64,000 nt of DNA. Origin: an uncultured Lachnospiraceae bacterium (GTDB taxonomy: Bacteria > Bacillota > Clostridia > Oscillospirales > CAG-272). How positions within the stretch are numbered: the stretch's first letter is position 1; each line of letters opens with the position of its first letter. The stretch is from positions 3,660-67,659 of the forward strand of contig CAYOFP010000002.1 of the NCBI GenBank assembly GCA_964403505.1, read 5' to 3'. Position numbers and translations under genes: made by a program. Under the pieces are notes generated by a model, which saw only the letters and a list, made by a program, of their open reading frames with translations, made no database searches and was not told the origin of the DNA. This document shows, piece after piece, positions 8,849 through 17,186 of this stretch.

Positions 8849-10617
8849 GGCGATGGTTTAAATATGTGAGGCCCTATCTTCCGTATTTCATATTAGGGCC
8901 GCTCTGTATGATCGTTGAGGTCGTGGGCGAGGTAGTCATGCCAAGGCTGCTCGGACTGATCATCGACTACGGTACAGATACTACAAAGCAAAAGCCGGAG
9001 CTGCTCGAGAAGATATTTTCGTCAAATAACGGACCTTTTATCGCAGCGATCATGGCGGCGATGATCATAACCGCCGTTCTTATGATGCTCGGCGGTGTAG
9101 GCGGCGCATATTTCGGTGCGAAAGCGTCTGTGAATTTTGCGACAGACTTAAGGCGCGACGTTTATGATAAAGTGCAGCGCTTCTCTTTTGCGAATATCGA
9201 TAAATTCTCGACGGGCTCGCTCGTTACGAGGCTTACAAACGATATCACGCAAATGCAGAATTTCATAAATATGCTTCTGCGTATGGCGCTTCGTGCGCCT
9301 GGCATGCTCATCGGCGCTCTGATCATGGCGATCGTGCTGAATCCCAGGCTGACGCTGGTTCTGTGCGTTGCGATCCCTCTGTTGCTTCTTTCCATCATGC
9401 TTTTTGTGATAAAGGGCTTCAAGCGGTTCGGCACGGTGCAGACCAAAATAGATGCGCTCAATTCGACAGTGCAGGAGAACATTACAAATGTGCGTGTCGT
9501 AAAGAGCTTTGTGCGTGAGGACTACGAAAAGGAAAAGTTCAGAGTGTCAAACAAAGAGCTAAAATCGGCAGGCATGAGCGCCATGCTGATGATGATACTC
9601 ATATCGCCTATCATGACGTTTTTTATGAATGCTACATCGATCGCCGTTCTGTGGTTCGGCGGTAATATGGTAATCAATACGACCATGACAACGGGTGACC
9701 TTACGGCGTTCGTTACCTATATCACTCAGATACTCTCATCTCTTATGATGGTGACGATGATGTTTATGATGATGTCGAGGGCGATGGCGTCGGCGAAGCG
9801 TATCGGCGAGGTGCTCGATGAGGAGATCGATATTACCGATGAAAGCGCCGAAAATAAAGAGCTCCTCGTGACAAAAGGCGAGGTTGAATTTAAGGGTGTT
9901 TCTTTCCGTTACTATAAAAACAGCTCGGGAAAGGTGCTCGATCACATCGATCTGAAGATACCTGCGCATTCCACCGTGGGCATCGTCGGCTCGACGGGCA
10001 GCGGAAAGACAACGCTTGTTTCGATGATCGCACGTCTTTATGATTGCGACGAGGGCGAGGTGCTCGTCGACGGCGTGAACGTAAAGGATTATTCGTTATA
10101 TAATCTGCGTGAGGGCGTCGGTATGGTCTTGCAGAAGAACGTGCTTTTCTCGGGAACTGTAAGAGAAAACCTCCTTTGGGGCGATCCCGACGCATCCGAT
10201 GAGGAGATCGAGACTGCATCGAGGAGCGCACAGGCGGATAAATTCGTGCGTTCGTTCACCGGCGGATATGATACCGATATCTCGCAGGGCGGTGCAAATG
10301 TCTCAGGCGGTCAGAAGCAGAGGCTCTGTATCGCACGGGCAATATTGAAAAAGCCGAAGATCCTGATCCTCGATGACTCGACGAGCGCCGTCGATACTGC
10401 GACAGAGGCGCAGATCAGAGCGGCGATGAGGGATGACCTCGGTGACTGCACGAAAATAATTATAGCACAGCGTATATCCTCTGTCATGGAGGCGGATATG
10501 ATCGTTGTGCTGGATGACGGAGTCATAACAGGAATAGGTACGCACAGCGAACTGCTCGAGAGTAATGATGAATATAAAGAGATATATTACTCTCAGACAG
10601 ATGGAAAGGAGGCGTAA
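8845..10617 (+). CDS. ABC exporter, fused permease/ATP-binding subunit
   Basis: Six-TM N-terminal half. Walker A GSTGSGKTT, signature VSGGQKQR, Walker B ILILDDSTS. Confidence 0.9.
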   Translation: MRRWFKYVRPYLPYFILGPLCMIVEVVGEVVMPRLLGLIIDYGTDTTKQKPELLEKIFSSNNGPFIAAIMAAMIITAVLMMLGGVGGAYFGAKASVNFATDLRRDVYDKVQRFSFANIDKFSTGSLVTRLTNDITQMQNFINMLLRMALRAPGMLIGALIMAIVLNPRLTLVLCVAIPLLLLSIMLFVIKGFKRFGTVQTKIDALNSTVQENITNVRVVKSFVREDYEKEKFRVSNKELKSAGMSAMLMMILISPIMTFFMNATSIAVLWFGGNMVINTTMTTGDLTAFVTYITQILSSLMMVTMMFMMMSRAMASAKRIGEVLDEEIDITDESAENKELLVTKGEVEFKGVSFRYYKNSSGKVLDHIDLKIPAHSTVGIVGSTGSGKTTLVSMIARLYDCDEGEVLVDGVNVKDYSLYNLREGVGMVLQKNVLFSGTVRENLLWGDPDASDEEIETASRSAQADKFVRSFTGGYDTDISQGGANVSGGQKQRLCIARAILKKPKILILDDSTSAVDTATEAQIRAAMRDDLGDCTKIIIAQRISSVMEADMIVVLDDGVITGIGTHSELLESNDEYKEIYYSQTDGKEA

Positions 10618-10619
10618 CG

Positions 10620-12569
10620 ATGGCAAGAAAAAGAACACTTGAAGATCTCAGACGCCGATATTCCGGGCTTGCAAGCGCAGGCGGTAAGGGAGCCGGCGGA
10701 CCTCGTATGGGTCCGGGTCCCGGCGGACCTGGTGGTCGCCGGGGCGGCATGGCAAAGGGCAAACCAAAGAATATGGGTGCGACGGTCAGCAGACTGTTTA
10801 GCTATGTCGCAAAATATAAGGTACGCCTGTTCGCTGTCATACTTTGTATGGTAGCATCGACGGGCACGTCACTTGCAGGATCGTATATCCTGCGTCCTAT
10901 CGTTAATAATATCGCCGATGCAAAGACTTCTGTACCTGACAGGATAGTGAATCTCGCATCCATCCTTACGTTCGTGTCAGTTATCTACCTTGTCGGTGTC
11001 GTATCGACCTATCTGCAGGGCAGGCTAATGATGACAGTATCGCAGAATTCTATTGAGAAGCTGCGTTCGGATCTCTTTAATAAACTGCAGACATTGCCGG
11101 TGCGTTATTTTGACAGCAATGCCACAGGCGATATCATGAGCCGCTTTACCAATGATATCGATAATATCGATACGATGATAAATAATACGATAACGAGCCT
11201 CGTCTCGGGTATTATAACTCTCGTCGGAACACTTGCAATGATGATCTATACGAACTGGATCCTTACGCTCGTGACGGTCGTATTTATGCCGCTGTTCATA
11301 TTCCTTGCGGGTGCGATCGCAAGGAGCTCGGGAAAGTATTACGCAGCTCAGCAGTCTGCACTCGGTGCGCTGAACGGATATATCGAGGAGAGTGTTACCG
11401 GCTCTAAGGTAGTCAAGGTATTTAATCATGAGGAGATATGCGGTGAGGAATTCGCCCTTTTGAACGACGATATGCGTGAAAAGCAGTTCGGCGCACAGTT
11501 CTTCGGCGGTATCATGGGGCCGATCATGGGTAATACCTCACAGATATCCTATGCGGTGACAGCCGGGGTCGGCGGACTTTTGAGCCTGTTCCGAGGATTC
11601 GATATCGGAGGTATTGCGATATTCTGTAACTATTCACGGCAGTTCTCTATGCCGATCAATATGATATCTCAGCAGACGTCGACGATCTTTGCGGCGCTTG
11701 CAGGCGCTGAGAGAGTCTTTTCCGTCATGGATCTTACGCCCGAACAGGCGGACATGCCGAAGCCCGTAAAAGACGGGACTGAGGCTCTGCTCGAGGCGGC
11801 GCCCGAATATCACGGCGAGGGTCTTACCGATGAGATAGAGGGTGAAGTGGTGCTCGATCACGTGACATTCGGCTATAATCTTGATAAAGTTATACTAAAG
11901 GATATCAGCCTGTATGCTCACCCGGGGCAGAAGATCGCATTTGTCGGCTCGACAGGCGCAGGCAAGACTACGATCACTAACCTACTGAATCGTTTTTATG
12001 ATATCAATCAGGGATCGTGTACGATCGACGGTAAGGATATCCGTGATTTTGACCGTGATCATCTCCGCAAAAATATAGCGGTAGTACTTCAGGATACCCA
12101 TCTTTTCACCGGCACGGTGATGGAAAATATCCGTTACGGCAGACTGGATGCGACAGACGACGAGGTGATGGCGGCGGCAAAGACCGCCAGCGCACATTCG
12201 TTTATCATGCGGCTCAGCGACGGGTACAATACCATGATCGAGGGTGACGGAGCGAACCTCTCACAGGGTCAGAGACAGCTTCTCAATATCGCACGTGCGG
12301 CGATAAGTAAAGCGCCCATACTCGTCCTCGACGAGGCGACTTCATCGGTCGATACAAGGACCGAGCGGCACATCGAGCACGGCATGGACCGCCTGATGAA
12401 AAACCGTACGACATTCATCATCGCACACAGACTCTCGACCGTGCGTAACGCCAACGCCATCATGGTGCTCGAGCAGGGCGAGATCATCGAGCGGGGAACT
12501 CATGAGGAGCTCCTCGAAATGAAGGGCAGATACTACGAGCTGTATACAGGCAAAAAGGAACTTGACTAA
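10620..12569 (+). CDS. ABC exporter, fused permease/ATP-binding subunit (probable heterodimer partner)
   Basis: Walker A GSTGAGKTT, signature LSQGQRQL, Walker B ILVLDEATS. Gly/Pro-rich N-terminal tail. Confidence 0.9.
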   Translation: MARKRTLEDLRRRYSGLASAGGKGAGGPRMGPGPGGPGGRRGGMAKGKPKNMGATVSRLFSYVAKYKVRLFAVILCMVASTGTSLAGSYILRPIVNNIADAKTSVPDRIVNLASILTFVSVIYLVGVVSTYLQGRLMMTVSQNSIEKLRSDLFNKLQTLPVRYFDSNATGDIMSRFTNDIDNIDTMINNTITSLVSGIITLVGTLAMMIYTNWILTLVTVVFMPLFIFLAGAIARSSGKYYAAQQSALGALNGYIEESVTGSKVVKVFNHEEICGEEFALLNDDMREKQFGAQFFGGIMGPIMGNTSQISYAVTAGVGGLLSLFRGFDIGGIAIFCNYSRQFSMPINMISQQTSTIFAALAGAERVFSVMDLTPEQADMPKPVKDGTEALLEAAPEYHGEGLTDEIEGEVVLDHVTFGYNLDKVILKDISLYAHPGQKIAFVGSTGAGKTTITNLLNRFYDINQGSCTIDGKDIRDFDRDHLRKNIAVVLQDTHLFTGTVMENIRYGRLDATDDEVMAAAKTASAHSFIMRLSDGYNTMIEGDGANLSQGQRQLLNIARAAISKAPILVLDEATSSVDTRTERHIEHGMDRLMKNRTTFIIAHRLSTVRNANAIMVLEQGEIIERGTHEELLEMKGRYYELYTGKKELD

Positions 12570-12585
12570 GCAGTATACATGGTGT

Positions 12586-12629
12586 AAAAAATCCGAGATT
12601 CACTGAAAAACAGTGTGTCTCGGATTTTT
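12586..12629. terminator. Bidirectional rho-independent terminator
   Basis: ATCCGAGA..CACTG aaaaa CAGTG..TCTCGGAT, flanked by A5 and T5. It lies between convergent genes. Confidence 0.8.
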
Positions 12630-12640
12630 CATGTACTTGA

Positions 12641-13243
12641 TTATATTCTTTTTGTTATAGTTTTGTATAAGCTGCTAAGCGTGGGTGCTAACACGAGGTT
12701 TACTGTAAACTCGAGTATGAAATTGAGTCCTGCGCAACCTATTATCAGAAAATAGGGAACGCTCAATCCGGCGAGAAGCTCCTCTGATGAGATATAAGCG
12801 CTTATTGTATTGTTAATAGCTAAGCCGCCCAAAATAAATAATCCGGTGTTGATTATCGGTGCAACAGCTCCTGCAACAAATGAAGCCAAAAGAACACTTT
12901 TGCCTTTCAGCGCTTTGAAAGCAAGTCCTGCAAATAAGCCTGCAAATGTCGATTTGAAAAGACATATGCACGCTGTCATTACGGGACTGTTCTGGAAAAG
13001 AAATGCAGTGAATGCGTCAAGTGACAAGACACCGGAGATAAATACTATCGCTCCGAATACAAATCCTAACCAAGCTCCCGCCTTCGGACCTAATATCATA
13101 GCTCCGAATGTGATTGGTATCAGCACAAGGCTGATAGATGTTCCGGAAAGTTTTATGACTGTTCCGGTGAGTTGCAGTACGATGACGATTGCGGTTAAAA
13201 CCGCAAGCTCGATCATACTGACGAGTTTTGTGTTTTTGCTCAT
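12641..13243 (-). CDS. ECF transporter S (substrate-capture) component; pantothenate specificity suggested only by synteny with coaX
   Basis: 200-aa polytopic membrane protein with S-component-like helices. It lies directly downstream of coaX on the same strand. Confidence 0.6.
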   Translation of the reverse strand: MSKNTKLVSMIELAVLTAIVIVLQLTGTVIKLSGTSISLVLIPITFGAMILGPKAGAWLGFVFGAIVFISGVLSLDAFTAFLFQNSPVMTACICLFKSTFAGLFAGLAFKALKGKSVLLASFVAGAVAPIINTGLFILGGLAINNTISAYISSEELLAGLSVPYFLIIGCAGLNFILEFTVNLVLAPTLSSLYKTITKRI

Positions 13244-13326
13244 GTGAGCCTCCTTACTGCCGTTCCTTTATATTATTGTTGCCAAAGGATACAGCGCAAA
13301 ATTTATTTACATACGGCGAGATGCCG

Positions 13327-14097
13327 TTATGTACGGTTTTTGAGATATATTTTGTACAGACCGTCACATGTTAAGTTCGGTCTTCTGATGATCCTCTCTT
13401 TGCATAACGGGAGAACGAGATGGGCGGTGCCGCCTGTTGCTATGGCGGTGATATTGCTGTCTTTATTCTCGCTTTTGATCCTGCTTATAAATCCGTCGGC
13501 TGAAAATGCCGCTGAGTAAATAACACCTGAATTCACGCTTGCGGCGGTGTTTTTTCCGCTGAGCGACTTCGGTGTGAAGAGCGGTACGCAGGCGATGGCG
13601 GCAGCGTCACGTGTGAGCGCAGAGTACGAGGAGTAGACGCCGGGCGTGATGAAAACGTCGGTCAGACGCCTTTCCTTGTCTATGGAGACGAAGGTCGTAG
13701 AGGTCGCAAAATCAATGATGATCATAGGTGCGTCAAATTCGTCGAGTGCTGCGACTGTATTTGCGACGATATCTGCGCCGACCTCAGACGGACGGTCTGT
13801 CTTTATGTCGAGCGAGGTCTTGATCCCGGGACCGACGGTCATCGGTTTGATATGAAAAAGGCTTAGGATCGCATTGGATAGTACAGATGTGAGATCGGGT
13901 ACGACAGAGCCGATGATAGCGCCGTTTATCGATGCACCGGGAAAATTCCTCATTTTAAAAAGCGTGTCGATCAGTATCGCATATTCGTCTGCGCTTTTGT
14001 GGCGGTCACAGGAAAGCTCAAATCTGACGGGAGCGCTGTCACACATGTATATGCATATATCAATTGTTGAGTTGCCTATATCACATATCAGTACCAT
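13327..14097 (-). CDS. coaX: Type III pantothenate kinase
   Basis: N-terminus MVLICDIGNSTI (DxGNT motif). 256 aa, the typical CoaX length. Confidence 0.85.
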   Translation of the reverse strand: MVLICDIGNSTIDICIYMCDSAPVRFELSCDRHKSADEYAILIDTLFKMRNFPGASINGAIIGSVVPDLTSVLSNAILSLFHIKPMTVGPGIKTSLDIKTDRPSEVGADIVANTVAALDEFDAPMIIIDFATSTTFVSIDKERRLTDVFITPGVYSSYSALTRDAAAIACVPLFTPKSLSGKNTAASVNSGVIYSAAFSADGFISRIKSENKDSNITAIATGGTAHLVLPLCKERIIRRPNLTCDGLYKIYLKNRT

Positions 14098-14221
14098 GTT
14101 ATCTACCTCACTTGATATTATATATCAATTCGATTCATATGTCAACTTTCCATTATATTCATGTTTTAATTATTTGTCACAGGTCAATACTTTTTCTGTA
14201 AGTCATGCCGACGGAGGAAAA

Positions 14222-15016
14222 ATGTATTATAATAAGGTTGAGATATGCGGTGTGAATACGGCTCATTTGCCGGTTTTGACCGATGATGAAAAGAAAGAAC
14301 TGCTTAGAAAAAGCAAGGATGGCGACGAAAAGGCACGTGAGAGACTGATCGCAGGGAATATGCGCCTTGTTTTGTCCGTGATACAGCGCTTTGCGGCACG
14401 GGGGGAAAATCCCGACGACCTGTTTCAGGTCGGGTGTGTCGGACTGATAAAGGCAATCGATAATTTTGATATAAATCTTGATTTAAAACTGAGTACCTAT
14501 GCCGTGCCGATGATCATCGGCGAGGTGCGCAGGTATCTGCGTGATAATAACAGCATCCGTGTCAGCCGTTCTGTGAGGGACCTTGCATATCATGCGCTCG
14601 CAGTGCGTGAGACACTTTCAAAGAAACTGCAAAAGGAACCGACGGTCGAGGATATAACAAAGGAGCTTGTAAAGGACGGCATGGAGGTATCATGCGAGGA
14701 TGTTTCGGCGGCGCTCGAAGCGATCGTCGAGCCGATATCGCTTTTTGATCCCGTATACAGCGACGGCTCGTCGGGCGAGACGCTGTACGTCATGGATCAG
14801 GTAAAGGATAATGAAAATACCGATGAGATATGGCTTGAAAATATCGCAATCAACGAGGCGATAAAGAGCCTCACCCCGCGTGAAAAGTCGATCATAGATA
14901 AAAGGTATTACAGGGGCAAGACGCAGATGGAGATCGCCGATGAAATGGGCATCTCTCAGGCGCAGGTGTCAAGGCTCGAAAAGGGCGCACTTTCGAGAAT
15001 TAAAAAATATTTATAA
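14222..15016 (+). CDS. sigG: Sporulation sigma factor SigG
   Basis: NKVEICGVNTAHLPVL N-terminus, DDLFQVGCVGLIKAIDNFD, STYAVPMIIGEVRRYLRDNN and ISQAQVSRLEK. The ORF-track extension from 13874 is antisense to coaX and I rejected it. Confidence 0.9.
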   Translation: MYYNKVEICGVNTAHLPVLTDDEKKELLRKSKDGDEKARERLIAGNMRLVLSVIQRFAARGENPDDLFQVGCVGLIKAIDNFDINLDLKLSTYAVPMIIGEVRRYLRDNNSIRVSRSVRDLAYHALAVRETLSKKLQKEPTVEDITKELVKDGMEVSCEDVSAALEAIVEPISLFDPVYSDGSSGETLYVMDQVKDNENTDEIWLENIAINEAIKSLTPREKSIIDKRYYRGKTQMEIADEMGISQAQVSRLEKGALSRIKKYL

Positions 15017-15052
15017 AGATACTGCGGACAGTATACTGTCCGCAGTATCTTT
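15015..15052. terminator. Long perfect palindrome between convergent genes (probable bidirectional terminator)
   Basis: AAAGATACTGCGGACAGTA / TACTGTCCGCAGTATCTTT, about 16 bp of stem. It lies between the sigG stop and the ABC gene stop. Confidence 0.6.
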
Positions 15053-15053
15053 A

Positions 15054-17060
15054 TCACGATCTCGGCGGCATCGGAGGCCGATTGCCGTGCGGCGGCATAG
15101 GCGGTCTCTCGCCGTGCGGCCGTTTTCCGCTGTTTGTCTCTTCTTCGGCTGTGGTGATATATCTCTTTGCCTGGGTGGTAAACAAATTGTAATATATGCC
15201 TTTTTTCGCCATCAGAGCGGCATGATCGCCGATCTCTTTCAGTTCTCCGTTCTCGAGGACGAGGATTTTATCGGCGATGGTCGCACTCGATAAACGGTGG
15301 GAAACAAAAAATGTCGTTTTATCCTTGCGCAGTCGGTCGAATTGGTTGAAGATCTCCTGTTCTGCGATGGCGTCGAGAGATGCGGTCGGCTCGTCGAGTA
15401 TCACGATATCCGAGTCGGAGTAAAATGCACGTGCGATGGAGAGCTTTTGCCACTGACCGATCGACAGCTCGATTCCGTCGGACTCGAAATAACGCATCAG
15501 AGGCGTGTCGTATTTTCCGGGCAGTTTTTCGATAAATTCATTTGCCGAGCTTTGCTTTGCGGCACACTCTATATTGGCAAAGTCATACTCTCTGTCGATC
15601 TGACCGAATTCTATGTTGCGTGAAACGGACATCGCATACTTTCCGAAATCCTGGAATATGATGCCGTATATTGCATAGAGCTCGTTTACGTCATATTCTT
15701 TGATATCTCTGCCGTCGAGCAGTATCACGCCCGACGTCGGGTCGTAAAGGCGGGTGAGCAGTTTGATGAGTGTTGTTTTGCCGGCGCCGTTCAGTCCGAC
15801 AAGGACTACGGTGTCACCCGGCTCTATTATCATGCTGATGTTTTTTAATACATCCCTGTCAGTGCCCGGATAACGGAAAGAGACATCTCGGAATTCGATC
15901 GTGTGGCCTGCGCTCCGCCCGACATGGGCAGGCGAGGGGAGCGACGGCACGATCGTCTTTTTCTCGTTCATAAAGACGATCATATTGTCGATGAAAAGCG
16001 TACCCTCGTATATCGTTGACGTCGTGGAAACGAGGGTGGCAACGCATGAGGCGATCGAGGTCAGCGCACCCGTGTAAAGCGAATAATCGCCGATCTTTCC
16101 CGAGCCTGTCGTGACTGTGTACGCAATGAAAAAGAAGAGGGAGCAGTTGACGGCGGTCGTGAGCAGTGAGATGAGAATGTTCCATGCGCCCTCGTTGCGT
16201 ATGAGCTTTTTAATGCCGCTGAAATAGTTTTTGAATACGGTATTGTAGTTTACGATAAAGGTGTCGGACAGGTTGAATATGCGTAATTCCTTGACCATAT
16301 CTTTATTTACGAGCAGATCGGAGTAGTAGTTCATCTGCCGGCGGTCTTTGGAACGGCGGCGCATATAGCGGAAGTTCTTTTTGCGGTAGTGGAACGTGAT
16401 GATTGCGCTCGGCAGTGATATGATGATGACGATGAGCGGCGCAAACCATGCGATAGATGCGAGCATGGTGATAAAGGATATTACCGAAATGAGCTGACTG
16501 ATGATATTGAAAGTAGAGTTGAGCACGTGAATAGGGCGTGTGCCCGCCTCTCTGTTGGCATTCTCAAATTTCTCGTAGAATTCCGGCATATCAAAAGAGG
16601 CTACGTCGATCTCCTTTGCCTTATTCATTATTTTTACTTTGACGTGATTCGTCACGACCTCGCTCGATATGCGTGTCACGATATTGGATACCGAGTTTAC
16701 AAGACTTACAAAGAACATATAACCGAAATTAAGAATGAGAGGGAAGAGTATCACGGAGACGACAGTCTCAAAGCTCTTGTCCTGCATCGTGACGGCAAAA
16801 GCGATCTTGTTTAATAGATGAGCCGAAATGTATGCCGAAATAACGGGTGAAACACCGTTGAATACCGACATGAACACCATGATAAAGAGAAGTGACTTTT
16901 TCGCTTCCCATACAAGCGATACGATATAGAAAAGACGCTTGAAAAATCCCCCGAGCATCCGTGAGAGATAACCCGGCACTTCGCCGAGCGTTTTCGGCAG
17001 CGGTTCTTTTAATTTTTCATTTTGTTCGTGCGGCGGCGGCCCTCCGAATCCAGGTCCCAT
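15054..17060 (-). CDS. ABC exporter, fused permease/ATP-binding subunit
   Basis: Walker A GLNGAGKTT, signature LSIGQWQK, Walker B IVILDEPTA. The C-terminal tail has two HGxRPPMPP repeats. Confidence 0.9.
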   Translation of the reverse strand: MGPGFGGPPPHEQNEKLKEPLPKTLGEVPGYLSRMLGGFFKRLFYIVSLVWEAKKSLLFIMVFMSVFNGVSPVISAYISAHLLNKIAFAVTMQDKSFETVVSVILFPLILNFGYMFFVSLVNSVSNIVTRISSEVVTNHVKVKIMNKAKEIDVASFDMPEFYEKFENANREAGTRPIHVLNSTFNIISQLISVISFITMLASIAWFAPLIVIIISLPSAIITFHYRKKNFRYMRRRSKDRRQMNYYSDLLVNKDMVKELRIFNLSDTFIVNYNTVFKNYFSGIKKLIRNEGAWNILISLLTTAVNCSLFFFIAYTVTTGSGKIGDYSLYTGALTSIASCVATLVSTTSTIYEGTLFIDNMIVFMNEKKTIVPSLPSPAHVGRSAGHTIEFRDVSFRYPGTDRDVLKNISMIIEPGDTVVLVGLNGAGKTTLIKLLTRLYDPTSGVILLDGRDIKEYDVNELYAIYGIIFQDFGKYAMSVSRNIEFGQIDREYDFANIECAAKQSSANEFIEKLPGKYDTPLMRYFESDGIELSIGQWQKLSIARAFYSDSDIVILDEPTASLDAIAEQEIFNQFDRLRKDKTTFFVSHRLSSATIADKILVLENGELKEIGDHAALMAKKGIYYNLFTTQAKRYITTAEEETNSGKRPHGERPPMPPHGNRPPMPPRS

Positions 17061-17077
17061 ATCATCCTCCTGAAAAT

Positions 17078-17100
17078 ACTTAGTTTTCTAACTAATTATA
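17078..17100. promoter_or_regulatory. Second copy of the MarR-type operator palindrome, overlapping the -10 of the ABC gene promoter
   Basis: On the minus strand it reads TATAATTAGTTAGAAAACTAAGTA. The first 21 nt are identical to 8330-8350. Confidence 0.6.
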
Positions 17101-17123
17101 ACACGGTATCTGCCAAAATGCAA
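17095..17123 (-). promoter_or_regulatory. Sigma-A type promoter of the ABC exporter gene 15054-17060
   Basis: Minus strand: TTGCAT (17123-17118), 17-nt spacer, TATAAT (17100-17095), with an extended -10 TGT. Confidence 0.7.
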
Positions 17124-17143
17124 TGAAATATTTGTAAAATACG

Positions 17144-17173
17144 AAAAAACACCGGGCAATCGCCCGGTGTTTT
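17144..17173 (-). terminator. Rho-independent terminator of alaS
   Basis: ACACCGGGC / GCCCGGTGT 9-bp stem followed by T6 on the minus strand. Confidence 0.85.
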
Positions 17174-17186
17174 GTGTGTGTAAGAT

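Noticed and set aside
13874-14221. N-terminal 116-aa extension of the sigG ORF in the ORF track.
   Set aside because: The extension is antisense to coaX. The conserved SigG N-terminus (NKVEICGV) begins at the ATG at 14222.
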